Positions 1-9,752 of a stretch of DNA of 64,000 nt are shown one piece after another; the first letter of the stretch is position 1, and each line of letters begins with the position of its first letter. The stretch is taken from contig JBBQQR010000009.1 in the NCBI GenBank assembly GCA_038215615.1, positions 1 to 64,000 on the forward strand, in the 5' to 3' direction. The notes beneath the pieces are model-generated. The model saw only the letters and a list, made by a program, of their open reading frames with translations, searched no databases and had not been told where the DNA came from. Both the position numbers and the translations under genes were made by a program. Origin of the DNA: Vulcanimicrobiales bacterium. GTDB taxonomy: Bacteria > Vulcanimicrobiota > Vulcanimicrobiia > Vulcanimicrobiales > Vulcanimicrobiaceae.

Positions 1-141
1 CTCATCAAGCGGCTCTCGTCATCTTGGCGCCGCTTAGACGGGTACCAACACATCGCAGTTGCAGATCAGCAAGCTGCGTGAGATAATGCACCAACGGAGT
101 TACGCCGCTAAACGAATTTCCCCGAACATCGGCACGACCTC
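1..141 (+). mobile_element. possible 3' end of an IS256-family element (transposase C-terminus plus right end), truncated by the window edge
   Basis: Frame 1 reads LIKRLSSSWRRLDGYQHIAVADQQAA* (stop at 79-81), resembling the 'WRRLxGY' tail of IS256 transposases. GAATTTCCCCGAACATCGGCACGACCTC (114-141) resembles IS256-type ends. Very short, recognised from memory only. Confidence 0.35.
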
Positions 142-186
142 AAGCCGGTGCTTGAGTTAGCCTTGTTTTCCCAGGGCCGGATGACC

Positions 187-1362
187 CTAGCGCCCCGTCA
201 GCGTCGAGTGGACGATGCTGATCACGCGGTCCTGATCGTTCTCGGCCAGACCGACGAAGAGTGGCAGACTCAAGGCTCCGTCATAATAGCGCTCGGCATT
301 CGGAAATTGCCCCGTGCGGAAACCCAGCTCCCGGTAAAACGGCTGGGTGTGAATTGGAACGTAATGGACTTGGCTCCTAATGCCGTGACGCAGGAGTTCG
401 AAATAGAGTTTGCGCCTGGTTTCCGCTCTGTCGCCTGTCAAGACGTGAATCGGATACAAGTGCCAGGCAGAGGTCGCGTCGCTGCTGCGGTATGGCAGCT
501 GAAGCGGAAGACCGGCTAAGCCCGCATCGTAGCGCTTTGCCAATTCGTTTCGCCGCGCAATAAATGCGGCGAGTTTCTTGAGCTGGCTCGTTCCGAGCGC
601 AGCTTGAATATCGGTCATGCGATAGTTGTAGCCGAGTTCGCGCTGTTCGTAGCGCCAGGGTTCCGCGGCAGCGGTGTTTGCCGTTAGTCCGTGGTTGCGA
701 AACCGCCGTACGTGCTGCGCGATACTCTCGCTGTTAGTGACGACCATGCCTCCCTCAGCGGTAGTAATACTTTTTATGGCGTGAAAGCTAAAGGTTGTAG
801 CGTCCGAGTAACTGCCGCTGCCGATAGCCCGTCCGCGGTAAGTGGCACCCAACGCATGACTAGCATCTTCAATAATTTTAATGCCGTATGGTCGCGTTAA
901 AGCGGCGAGCCGGCTGAGCTCGCTGGGTTGCCCGCCGAAATGAACGGTGATCAGCGCCTTGGGAAGCGTATCGGCGGCAGCAGCGGACAACAGGTTGCGC
1001 TCCAAGGCACCGGGGCTGATGTTGTAAGTGCGCGGATCGATATCCACGAAATCGATCTCCGCTCCGCAATAAAGCGCACAGTTGGCAGTCGCTACGAAGC
1101 TGATCGGAGAAGTCCAGACGCGATCGCCCGGCCCGATTTCGAGTGCGCGACAAGCCGCATGCAGCGCCGCTGTCCCGTTTGCTAGCGCGACGGCGTGGCG
1201 CGCGCCGCAATACTCCGCGGCGCGCAGCTCGAATGCGTCAAGAGCAGGACCGCTCGTCAGCCAATCGGATCGGAGGGCTGATGTCGCGGCCGCAACATCG
1301 TCTTCGTCTATGTGCTGTCTCGCGTACGCGAGGTTAGGTTCGTGCGAAGGAGATGTCGTCAA
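187..1362 (-). CDS. pseC: UDP-4-amino-4,6-dideoxy-N-acetyl-beta-L-altrosamine transaminase (DegT/DnrJ/EryC1 family)
   Basis: AYARQHIDEDD..LTSGP, EDASHALGA, FSFHAIKSITTAEGG (PLP Lys), LGYNYRMTDIQAALG. TTG start at 1362 follows GGGAGG. Confidence 0.85.
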   Translation of the reverse strand: MTTSPSHEPNLAYARQHIDEDDVAAATSALRSDWLTSGPALDAFELRAAEYCGARHAVALANGTAALHAACRALEIGPGDRVWTSPISFVATANCALYCGAEIDFVDIDPRTYNISPGALERNLLSAAAADTLPKALITVHFGGQPSELSRLAALTRPYGIKIIEDASHALGATYRGRAIGSGSYSDATTFSFHAIKSITTAEGGMVVTNSESIAQHVRRFRNHGLTANTAAAEPWRYEQRELGYNYRMTDIQAALGTSQLKKLAAFIARRNELAKRYDAGLAGLPLQLPYRSSDATSAWHLYPIHVLTGDRAETRRKLYFELLRHGIRSQVHYVPIHTQPFYRELGFRTGQFPNAERYYDGALSLPLFVGLAENDQDRVISIVHSTLTGR

Positions 1363-2656
1363 AGAATACCTCCCATAAGCCGAAGCTTGCAGCTGGGGTT
1401 TCTGCTGGTTCCGGGTTGACGATCCAAACGTAGAGCCAGAGCGTGGCATGTTTCAGTTTACGGCCCGGCGGCGACGGGGGAATCACGACGACTCCGCCCC
1501 TTTCCACGTAGCCATCCGTGGACTCCAATAGAGGCGGCGTGGGAAGATCGTCCGTGCTGCCGTCGTCGTAGAGAAGTCTTACGAAAAGATAAGCGCCCGT
1601 CACGACTTCTACGGCGGTCTCTTGCGTTTTGTGCGCGGCGACGAATGCGCGGAGCCGCCACTGCTCGCCCTCGTGAACCCGCAGGGTGTGCTTGTTCTCG
1701 ATGGCCGCGTAAGGTGAAGATTTCGGCTCTATGACCTCGTCCGGATTCATCCGGATGAGCAGCGCATTTTCACCCGACCGCTGGCGCCCTGTGCGCACCG
1801 CTAGGGAAACGTGGAATGCCGGATCGCAAACGACGGCGTGCCAATCCAGGGCGATGTCGGTCGAACCGGCGATCCAGCCGCCAGGAACTATCTGCGCCGG
1901 CGCGACGCGCAACTCTTCGAAACCGCCGTTGGAAAGCTCGTTCACTGCTTCCAGGCGAGTCGGAGCGATTTGCTTTGGGGCGGCCTTCGGCGCAATGGCT
2001 GCGAAGACAAAAATCGTCGGAAACCGTGTCATCAAGAATGCGCGCTCTGACATCGCTTGAAAAAAAACGTCCTCGGCAGTCTTGTCGTGCAGTTGAACGA
2101 CCATATTCCTGACGTGCGGTAGCCAAGCAGCGTAGTTCCGAGAGAAGACCGCCACTTCGGAGCATTCGATGTTCATTTTTACGAGATCGATTTTTTCGAA
2201 CCCGGAATCACGCAGCAGCTCTCCCAACGTGACGCCCTTGACGTCCGGAGTTTCGTTTTTCGCCGGAGGCTTTACCATGGTAGCCCACTCGCGGCCGTCG
2301 GCGAGCTCGCCCGGGTGCAAGACCAATCCGACAGCCTCAGGCCACACCGCCGCGTGCACGAGGGTTACACGCCCGTTATACGCCTCCAGGTTCAGCCGGC
2401 ACAGCTCGAAATTCGCGTCATCGGGCTCGATGGCGATAACATGAGCGCCCGGGTATTTGTGCAAGAAATACAACGATGAGTATCCGGCGTACGCGCCGCA
2501 GTCCACAATGAGCCCCGGCGACCGGAGATCCCGGTCGACGACGCCATATTCTTCTTTGAAGAGAACGTCGCCGATGGCTTCCTTATCGGAAGTGCCCGCC
2601 CGATAATAGATTGGGTTCCCATCGATCGAGAGGCTTAGCGTTCGGATCTGCTGCAT
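1334..2656 (-). CDS. FkbM-family methyltransferase with C-terminal CBM-like beta-sandwich
   Basis: IVDCGAYAGYSS, AIEPDDANF, IDLVKMNIE motifs. C-terminal 'NELSNGGFEE...VFFDDISF' is typical of CBM4/9-like domains. Confidence 0.75.
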   Translation of the reverse strand: MQQIRTLSLSIDGNPIYYRAGTSDKEAIGDVLFKEEYGVVDRDLRSPGLIVDCGAYAGYSSLYFLHKYPGAHVIAIEPDDANFELCRLNLEAYNGRVTLVHAAVWPEAVGLVLHPGELADGREWATMVKPPAKNETPDVKGVTLGELLRDSGFEKIDLVKMNIECSEVAVFSRNYAAWLPHVRNMVVQLHDKTAEDVFFQAMSERAFLMTRFPTIFVFAAIAPKAAPKQIAPTRLEAVNELSNGGFEELRVAPAQIVPGGWIAGSTDIALDWHAVVCDPAFHVSLAVRTGRQRSGENALLIRMNPDEVIEPKSSPYAAIENKHTLRVHEGEQWRLRAFVAAHKTQETAVEVVTGAYLFVRLLYDDGSTDDLPTPPLLESTDGYVERGGVVVIPPSPPGRKLKHATLWLYVWIVNPEPAETPAASFGLWEVFFDDISFART

Positions 2657-2682
2657 ACGGGCTGCCTTAGCAGTCCACGGGG

Positions 2683-3477
2683 CTAGGCGATCGCGGGTTG
2701 TTTTGTCGGAGCCTTAAGATCGGCGGAGTTTTGAAACGCGCGGAAATTCATGATCCGCTTATCGGTTCCGATTTGTTTCCCGCCGCCCTCCGCGTGCAAC
2801 GTGAGCGAGGTTGCGCCGTCCAAGGGAATTTCTACGACCTGTCGCGTTTTTACGTTCGCTTCAGTAACCTGGACGCCCGCATCGTTCAAGACGCGCAGCA
2901 CAAACGGTTTCGAGTTGACGCCCGGTCCCGGCTCGATCTCGAACAGAAGACTGGTGGCACTGCCCGGTTCGGTGATGGAGACCTTGGCATCTTCGCCTGC
3001 CCACCGGAACGTCTCACTGTTGAACGTCTCGAGCGGATACCAGCCGGAACCAAGCTTCGCGCCGATTTCGGGCGGCAGCACGTCTACCGGCGCTGCGACG
3101 AATGTTAACTTGAACACGCGAAAGTTCAGAACGCGCGCATCGTTGGGAGCGGCTTTGCCGCCGCCTTCGACGTGCAAGACGAGTTTGCGAACAGCCGGCT
3201 CCGAAGCCGGCAGCTCGACCGAAACCATCTGGCGACCCTTCACCGTCGTGCGCGCCAGCGTTTGATCGTTTTCTTTTATCAGGAGTTCGAACGGCTTGAG
3301 GTTCAGTCCGGGACCGGGCTCGAGATGAATATTCAGATAGTGTTTGACGCTTCGCAATGCCGCAACAGTGATTTCCGCGTCGTTTGTCACCCAGCGAAAA
3401 CTCTCGGCGCGGTAGGTTTCCAGCGGGAACCAGCCAGGGCCGAGGCTCGTGTTGTTGGCAGGCGTCAAAATATCCAT
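2683..3477 (-). CDS. hypothetical protein made of two tandem GWYPLET...RILNFR modules
   Basis: Two ~120-aa repeats (LGPGWFPLETYRAESFRW...DARVLNFRVF; LGSGWYPLETFNSETFRW...DKRIMNFRAF). No signal peptide. ATG at 3477. Confidence 0.8.
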   Translation of the reverse strand: MDILTPANNTSLGPGWFPLETYRAESFRWVTNDAEITVAALRSVKHYLNIHLEPGPGLNLKPFELLIKENDQTLARTTVKGRQMVSVELPASEPAVRKLVLHVEGGGKAAPNDARVLNFRVFKLTFVAAPVDVLPPEIGAKLGSGWYPLETFNSETFRWAGEDAKVSITEPGSATSLLFEIEPGPGVNSKPFVLRVLNDAGVQVTEANVKTRQVVEIPLDGATSLTLHAEGGGKQIGTDKRIMNFRAFQNSADLKAPTKQPAIA

Positions 3478-3562
3478 CAAGCGATCCCCGTAAAAGAAGA
3501 AGAAAGAACGTGTTTCTGCGGCCCGAGCGGGGCGAACCTTCAAATCTCGCTGAGGCGCTCGA

Positions 3563-4300
3563 TCACAATTTGAGGTTGGCGCCCCCCGCGTCGCGATGGA
3601 ACATCTTTACGGTGTCGAGTGAATATTCGTCTAAGTCTTTGCCCACCAGGGGAAGCTTCTTTATGAGCTCGTTTGTCAACGTAATAATGTGGCATCCGGC
3701 TCGGTCGGCCTGAAAGAGGTTGAGCGTCTCGCGCGCGCTCGCCCAAATGAGTTCGAATTTAGGATGCTCCTGGAGCATCTCGACCGCCTGCTCGATCACG
3801 GGCGCTGGATCGCGGCCGGTGTCGGCGATGCGCCCGGCAAAAACCGAAATGTAGGCGGGGACGGCCGGCTCGAGCGCGTCGCGAGCTTCGGCCACTTGAG
3901 GCAGAGTCATGAGCGCCGTAATATTGAGCTTAATACCTTCGCCTGCCAACCGTCGCACCAGGTTCTTTGTGGGTTCGGCTTTCGTGTTGGTGATCGGGAT
4001 CTTGACGTAGACGTTTTCGCCCCACGCAGCAATCTTGCGAGCCTGCCGCTCCATCTCCGCGTCGTCGTCGCTGATCACCTCGAACGAAACCGGACGATGG
4101 CCGATCGCGCCAAGAACTTCCCGCGCAAAAGTTTCATAATCGCTGACTCCAGCTGAATGCATCATGCTCGGATTGGTCGTGAAGCCCTTGAGCAGCGGAA
4201 GCGCGCAAAGCGCGCGCATTCCCGAAGCATCAGCGCCGTCGGCGAAGATCTTGATGCGCAGCCGTTCGATATCCGCGGAACTCTTTATGTGGACTCCCAT
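3563..4300 (-). CDS. tal: transaldolase (short type found in heptose clusters)
   Basis: IKIFADGAD, GFTTNPS, NVYVKIP, SVFAGRIADTG, LIWASARE. Confidence 0.85.
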   Translation of the reverse strand: MGVHIKSSADIERLRIKIFADGADASGMRALCALPLLKGFTTNPSMMHSAGVSDYETFAREVLGAIGHRPVSFEVISDDDAEMERQARKIAAWGENVYVKIPITNTKAEPTKNLVRRLAGEGIKLNITALMTLPQVAEARDALEPAVPAYISVFAGRIADTGRDPAPVIEQAVEMLQEHPKFELIWASARETLNLFQADRAGCHIITLTNELIKKLPLVGKDLDEYSLDTVKMFHRDAGGANLKL

Positions 4301-4896
4301 TTCGTTTGCACTTTTTTCAAGCTCGGATGCGAAACCATCAAATGCCAAACCACGGCTTGAAAGCCTTCGGCGTGGGGCGTTACGTGTTCATTATTTACCG
4401 TGGGTATAATGACGCACGCGTCGGCGATGCCGGCTGCAAACCCATTTGCGTCGCCAAGGATCCCCACGATCCGGCTGCCGACTTCGCGGGCGTATTGCAG
4501 AGCAGAGACGATGCCGAGACTGAGACGTTTTTGAACGTTGCCTCCGCTGACGGAGAGCACGAAGACGACATCACGAGCAGTGAGCCTGCTCCCCCGAAGC
4601 CACGCAACAAAGACCGTATCCCAACCGTCGTCGTTCGTTCGGGCCGTCAGCTCGGCGATGTTGTCGGTCGGAGCGTACGCTTCGATTTGGGCGATCTTTC
4701 GAAAATCGTTCACCGCGTGCGAGGCGTTCGCGGCACTCCCGCCGACGCCTAAAAAAAATACCCGCCCGCCGTTTTCCCGCGTTTCCGCAACGATCTCAAC
4801 GACGGCCTCAACCGCCTCGGGCTCGATCGCATCAATCACGGCTGTGGCCTCGGCCAGATACGCGCGGGTAAAGCTCAACATGCTTTTTGCCTTCAC
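4285..4896 (-). CDS. gmhA: SIS-domain phosphoheptose isomerase
   Basis: GVGGSAANASHAVNDFRK, LTARTND, LSVSGG, TPHAEGFQAVVWH. Confidence 0.8.
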   Translation of the reverse strand: MKAKSMLSFTRAYLAEATAVIDAIEPEAVEAVVEIVAETRENGGRVFFLGVGGSAANASHAVNDFRKIAQIEAYAPTDNIAELTARTNDDGWDTVFVAWLRGSRLTARDVVFVLSVSGGNVQKRLSLGIVSALQYAREVGSRIVGILGDANGFAAGIADACVIIPTVNNEHVTPHAEGFQAVVWHLMVSHPSLKKVQTKWEST

Positions 4897-4915
4897 TCTC
4901 TAAGAACTTGCCATC

Positions 4916-5635
4916 ATGCAAGCGGTAATCCTCGCGGCCGGGGACGGCCGGCGGCTTCGCCCGCTGACCGAGCACCTACCCAAACCGATGCTTCGCGTCG
5001 CCGGCAGGCCCATTTTGGAGCACAACGTCCGACTGCTGGTCCGTCATGGAATCGACGAGATCATCATCAATACTCACCACTGCGGTGAGGCGATAGAGAA
5101 TCACTTTCGTGACGGCACCGCTTTCGGCGCAAGAATTACGTACTCGCCCGAAGATCCGGTTCTAGGGACGTCGGGAGCGCTCGATCCTTTACGAACGAGA
5201 TTAACTTCAACATTTCTGGTCATTTACGGCGATAATCTCACGACGTGCGATCTCGGTGCGCTGGCCCATTTTCACCGCGCCAGAGCCGCCACTGCCACTA
5301 TCGCCGTCTACGAGCGCGAGAATGCGACCGCGGGGGGAATCGTTGCGATCGCGCAAGACGGACGGGTCTTGCGTTTTCTCGAAAAACCCGCGGGCCATGA
5401 AATTTTCAGCTCGTGGGTCAATGCCGGGATCGTGGTTTGCGACCCGGAAATCTTTGAAAGTATTCCACCCGGCTTCAGCGACTTCGGCAAGGACGTGTTC
5501 CCGGCAATGATTTCCAAACAAGAAAAACTCTTTGCCTATCGCATGGAAGCGCCGCGCGAGCGGATTTGGTGGGTCGATTCTCCCGAGGATTACGAACGGA
5601 CGAAGTCGGAGCTTCAAACGTGGATCCCGAATTAG
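4916..5635 (+). CDS. sugar-1-phosphate nucleotidyltransferase (HddC-like heptose-1-P guanylyltransferase)
   Basis: QAVILAAGDGRRLRPLT..PKPM, LGTSGAL, YGDNL, FLEKP, VNAG; located next to gmhA. Confidence 0.85.
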   Translation: MQAVILAAGDGRRLRPLTEHLPKPMLRVAGRPILEHNVRLLVRHGIDEIIINTHHCGEAIENHFRDGTAFGARITYSPEDPVLGTSGALDPLRTRLTSTFLVIYGDNLTTCDLGALAHFHRARAATATIAVYERENATAGGIVAIAQDGRVLRFLEKPAGHEIFSSWVNAGIVVCDPEIFESIPPGFSDFGKDVFPAMISKQEKLFAYRMEAPRERIWWVDSPEDYERTKSELQTWIPN

Positions 5636-6450
5636 ATCTCTCCGAAAAGAACGTTCTTGTGACCGGCGGCAGCATGGGCATAGGATTCGCCGTCGCCGGG
5701 GAGTGCTTACGTGCAAAAGCCAGGGTGGTGATTTGCGCTCGCGACGGCGCGAAGGTCCGTGAGGCGGTTCAATTACTGGCGCGCGTCGCCGGTCCTGAAA
5801 ATGTAGATGGCGTGGTCGCCGACGTTACGGATCGACACCAAATAGACGCCGCGCTCGATCTCCTCACATCGCGTTTCGGCACCGTCACGTCGTTGGTTCA
5901 TGCCGCTGCCGTGCAAGGACCGATCGGAGAGATCACCTCGATCGATCCCGCGCAATGGCTTGAGGCGGTGCGCGTCGATCTCTTCGGCTCTTTTCTGGCC
6001 GTGCGGCAAACCTGCGAGCGTATGAAAGCGCAAGGCGGGCGCATCGTGCTTTTCTCCGGCGGCGGCGCGGCGAATCCGTTGCCGAGTTTCACGGCATACG
6101 CATGCAGTAAAGCCGGCGTCGTGCGCCTCGCCGAAACGGTCTCAATTGAGATGGCGCGCTTTGGGATAGAAATAAATGCGTTGGCGCCCGGGCTCGTTGC
6201 CACGAGAATGCTCGAGCAGACCCTTGCGGCCGGACACACGCCCAAAGTCGAGCCCGTTCCAGCCAAGCTTGGAGCCGAGGCTGCGACATTCCTGATATCG
6301 GATCGAGCACGCGGAATCACCGGGAAGTTTGTGGCGGCACCTTATGATAGCTGGGGCGAATGGCCGCAGCGGCTTAAAGAGTTACAGGAAGGTGACCTGT
6401 TTACGTTGCGGCGCATCGTGCCCCGAGATCGCGGCATGGACTGGCAATAG
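5620..6450 (+). CDS. SDR-family oxidoreductase
   Basis: VTGGSMGIG and YACSK catalytic motif. GTG start at 5620 overlaps the upstream gene end. Confidence 0.85.
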   Translation: MDPELDLSEKNVLVTGGSMGIGFAVAGECLRAKARVVICARDGAKVREAVQLLARVAGPENVDGVVADVTDRHQIDAALDLLTSRFGTVTSLVHAAAVQGPIGEITSIDPAQWLEAVRVDLFGSFLAVRQTCERMKAQGGRIVLFSGGGAANPLPSFTAYACSKAGVVRLAETVSIEMARFGIEINALAPGLVATRMLEQTLAAGHTPKVEPVPAKLGAEAATFLISDRARGITGKFVAAPYDSWGEWPQRLKELQEGDLFTLRRIVPRDRGMDWQ

Positions 6451-9400
6451 TGATAGCCGCCGCCGCATCGCTCGCGATATTCGCTTACTGCACGATCGTT
6501 GGATTCGCCGTGATCGCGACGCTCGGGGCCGAGGATCGTCCGTACCTGCCGCTTCTGGCTCCAGCTCTTGGAGCGGCAACAATTATCATTCCGGGGATTT
6601 GGGTGAGCGAGTTGGGCGTTCCGATGGGACGCGCGGGACCGGTCGAGCTGCTGATCATCTTGGCCGTCGCGATCTTCTTGCTTGCGCGCGCCCGCCGGCG
6701 GGTTCACCTGACGCCCTATTGGCCGTTTGCCGTCATCGTGCTGGCCGGCTTCGTCGCAGCCGCATGGCCGATTTTCCAATTTGGTTTCAACTGGCTGAGC
6801 TACTCCAACGACGATATGTCCAACTATGTACTGAACGGAGAGCGACTCGTCGAGCTGGGCTGGTACAGCGTTCCCGACTTTACCGCCTACAATTTCAATC
6901 GCGATCCGACGGCGATCTATTGGCTGTGGACGGTTGACAACGAGCGTTTTGGTGCGGAGATGTTTCTTACGCTCTGGCTGAGCGTGTTCCGCGTGAATGG
7001 TTTTCAGCTTTTTATGCCGGTGATGGCGGCACTGGGCATGATGCAGATTGCAGCCGCAGCCGCACTTGTCTACCGCAGCGAAGCGGCCCGGAACGCAGCG
7101 ATATGGACCGCATCGCTGATGGCCGCATGCGCGCTGGCTACGTTTGGCCTCGAATACCAGCTGCTCGCGCAAGTCTTCGGCGTTGGCCAGCTCATTGCGG
7201 CCGTCGTACTCGTTTGCGATTTGCCCGAGCCATTTACTTGGCGCCGCGTTGTGCTGGCCGGAATCGCGACCACGGGTGTCGCCATGGTCTATCCTGAGGT
7301 GACGCCGTTTCTGTTCATCGGCGTCGCGTTGTACTTCGGCGTTCTCATTTACCGGCGCGCGCTCACTTGGCGCCGATGCGGACTTTGGCTGGCCTTAATA
7401 TCTCTGGTGACCACGCTGCTGTTAAACGCTTACCTTCGGAATTATCTCGCAGTCGTCTGGCGGCGCGTATTATCGAATAGCGGCTCGCCGACGGGCGCCC
7501 ACTTAAGAACCTACATCGAACTCTTTCCATTCTATCTCTTGCCCAGCGGCTTGCCGACATTCTTCGGTCTCTATTCGGCCGTCGAATCCATTTCCGAGCC
7601 GTGGCTTTCGCTCGGTATTTTGGCGGGCGCGTTGCTTCTGGGAGCCACGTTTGTTGTCGTGCTGCGGGCAGTCGGACGGGCCGAGCCCGCCGCGGCGCCA
7701 GCGCTTGCGATGATGACGCTTGCTGGTTTGCTGTTTTGGACTCGTAACGGCTTTGGGTTGTTCAAACTCGCAATGTATATACAGCCGTTCATCATCGCGT
7801 GCTTTGTTCCGCGATTCGGGGCGTGGTTCCGCAAGTCGCGGCCTGCGTTTGTTATCGCAATGGTTTTGTTCGCGATTCTCAATCTGCAAACGCAGTCATT
7901 CTACGTGGATAGAAGCCGCGCGGGCTGGAGTACCAAGGGGACGACCTTCGTCGAGATACCAAATGCTTCGGCGTCCCATCTGCTTGATGAATTGGGGCGG
8001 CTTTCAAAGATTGCAAATCCGTCGGTGGATTTCATTTCGGACACGACCAATGTGGTGTTCGGAAAAATTGAAGCGTTTTTTGCTCAGCCTTCCAACATCG
8101 TCTATCCGTCGAGCAATTTTTTGCCCGGCGTCTTTATCCTCACGGATGATCGCGTCGAGCGCGCCCTCATGATTCCGAAACTTGTCGATATCGCGCTCGG
8201 GATGCGTGCCGAGCGCCGGAGAAATTTCAAGAGTCCGAATTTCTTTTTCAGAGACGATTATGGCTTGATCAGGCTCAACGCATTTTTCTCCAACAGCAGC
8301 GTTCCGGGTTTGGAGCGGCGGCGCAAAGGCGTAATATTCCTTGAAGATACTGCCGCGCAGTCCGTCGTCAACCGTTGGTATACCTCCGACGTGCAGCGCA
8401 ATTTCGATGTCGTACCAATCGATCGCGTAAAGAATCACCTGATTTTCGTCTCGTCGCGATACGGCCTGGATTACTATTCGCGTGGCCGTGCGGTCGCGCT
8501 CTATCAACTCGAGCCCGATCTGTTCTATAACAAGAAAACCATGGCCGGAATGGGCCGCCGCATACTCTTTGAGATCATCAACCCGAGCCCCAAAATTCAC
8601 TTGGAAATAAATTATACGGCGACTCTCAAAGACGACGGCAAATGCGTGTTGTACGATCCGTCGGTTCTCGGCTTGGGCATGACGCCGAGCTACGGCCATG
8701 TCATCGGGCGCGGGTCTGCCCGGGTATTCCTTCCGCCGGTCTCCCCGCGTATACTCGTCGGGCAGCCTTACATGATGCTGGATATGAATACCGTGCCCAC
8801 TCTGTTCCCATTTCCTCGGACGGGTCTGATGAATTTGTACGGCCGCAACATTCCACTCGACGGCAGGGCGCTTGTCGGGTTCGTGCGCGACATTTCGGTG
8901 GTTACCGACGGCGATTATCAGCATCTTGTTCGCCCCAGCTTGCTGCGGAGTCTGCGCAGCGACCTCGCCAACCGGAATTTGGAGTATTCGGGCGCCTACG
9001 AAGACGGCTGGATTTCCGAGTCATCCGAATATGTACTTGCTCAGCCGCCGGACAGACCGGTGCTCGTTGTCAGCGGGCTCGTGCCGCTGATCGGCAACCC
9101 GAATTTTCATCAAGTCCTTCGCGTGCTGGCCGATGGGCGCATCGTAGGCCGGGCAGACCTCGGGATCGGTGCTTTCAGCTTCCAATTTCCAGCGCGAAAC
9201 TTGGGCCCTCACGCACGCGTCACACTGCTGTTCGACCATTTTCAGCGTCTCCCAAATGGGGACGGCAGGCCCGTCGCGGCGCAACTCTACTCGGTCGGCT
9301 TTCTATCGCCTCGCGAAGCGGCAGAGCAGTCGGCGTCGGTGGCGCTTTCGAGTCTCACCCGCTCCAATTGGTTGAACCGGGCGGTGCGCGCGCGAGTTGA

Positions 9401-9752
9401 CTTTGGCGCCGGCTGGTATCCTCTTGAAACGTACGGCGGTCAAACGTTCCGGTGGGCGAACAACGACGCGCGGCTATTGATTCGCGGAGCAATCACGAAC
9501 CGTTCGAAGCTGGTTTTGGACGTCGTGCCCGGCCCGGGCGAGGCTCAGGGCGTCGGCAATCTCCATCTGCTCGACGACAAAGGACACGCCCTCGGAAGTG
9601 CCGCCATTCCCGGGCGACGCCGCGTGACATTCGTTTTGAGGGCGTCGAGCGGACCATCAACGTACATCTTGCATATCGACCGCGGCGGCGCGCTCACACC
9701 GTCCGATCCGAGAATTCTCAATTTTCGTGTCTTCGCCGTTTCGGTCGAATAG
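6450..9752 (+). CDS. large polytopic membrane protein (GT-C-like) with long extracytoplasmic C-terminal region ending in a GWYPLET module
   Basis: About 12-13 hydrophobic segments in the first ~480 aa, an acidic SNDD motif after the third TM, and C-terminal GWYPLETYGGQTFRW...DPRILNFRVF. Confidence 0.7.
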   Translation: MIAAAASLAIFAYCTIVGFAVIATLGAEDRPYLPLLAPALGAATIIIPGIWVSELGVPMGRAGPVELLIILAVAIFLLARARRRVHLTPYWPFAVIVLAGFVAAAWPIFQFGFNWLSYSNDDMSNYVLNGERLVELGWYSVPDFTAYNFNRDPTAIYWLWTVDNERFGAEMFLTLWLSVFRVNGFQLFMPVMAALGMMQIAAAAALVYRSEAARNAAIWTASLMAACALATFGLEYQLLAQVFGVGQLIAAVVLVCDLPEPFTWRRVVLAGIATTGVAMVYPEVTPFLFIGVALYFGVLIYRRALTWRRCGLWLALISLVTTLLLNAYLRNYLAVVWRRVLSNSGSPTGAHLRTYIELFPFYLLPSGLPTFFGLYSAVESISEPWLSLGILAGALLLGATFVVVLRAVGRAEPAAAPALAMMTLAGLLFWTRNGFGLFKLAMYIQPFIIACFVPRFGAWFRKSRPAFVIAMVLFAILNLQTQSFYVDRSRAGWSTKGTTFVEIPNASASHLLDELGRLSKIANPSVDFISDTTNVVFGKIEAFFAQPSNIVYPSSNFLPGVFILTDDRVERALMIPKLVDIALGMRAERRRNFKSPNFFFRDDYGLIRLNAFFSNSSVPGLERRRKGVIFLEDTAAQSVVNRWYTSDVQRNFDVVPIDRVKNHLIFVSSRYGLDYYSRGRAVALYQLEPDLFYNKKTMAGMGRRILFEIINPSPKIHLEINYTATLKDDGKCVLYDPSVLGLGMTPSYGHVIGRGSARVFLPPVSPRILVGQPYMMLDMNTVPTLFPFPRTGLMNLYGRNIPLDGRALVGFVRDISVVTDGDYQHLVRPSLLRSLRSDLANRNLEYSGAYEDGWISESSEYVLAQPPDRPVLVVSGLVPLIGNPNFHQVLRVLADGRIVGRADLGIGAFSFQFPARNLGPHARVTLLFDHFQRLPNGDGRPVAAQLYSVGFLSPREAAEQSASVALSSLTRSNWLNRAVRARVDFGAGWYPLETYGGQTFRWANNDARLLIRGAITNRSKLVLDVVPGPGEAQGVGNLHLLDDKGHALGSAAIPGRRRVTFVLRASSGPSTYILHIDRGGALTPSDPRILNFRVFAVSVE

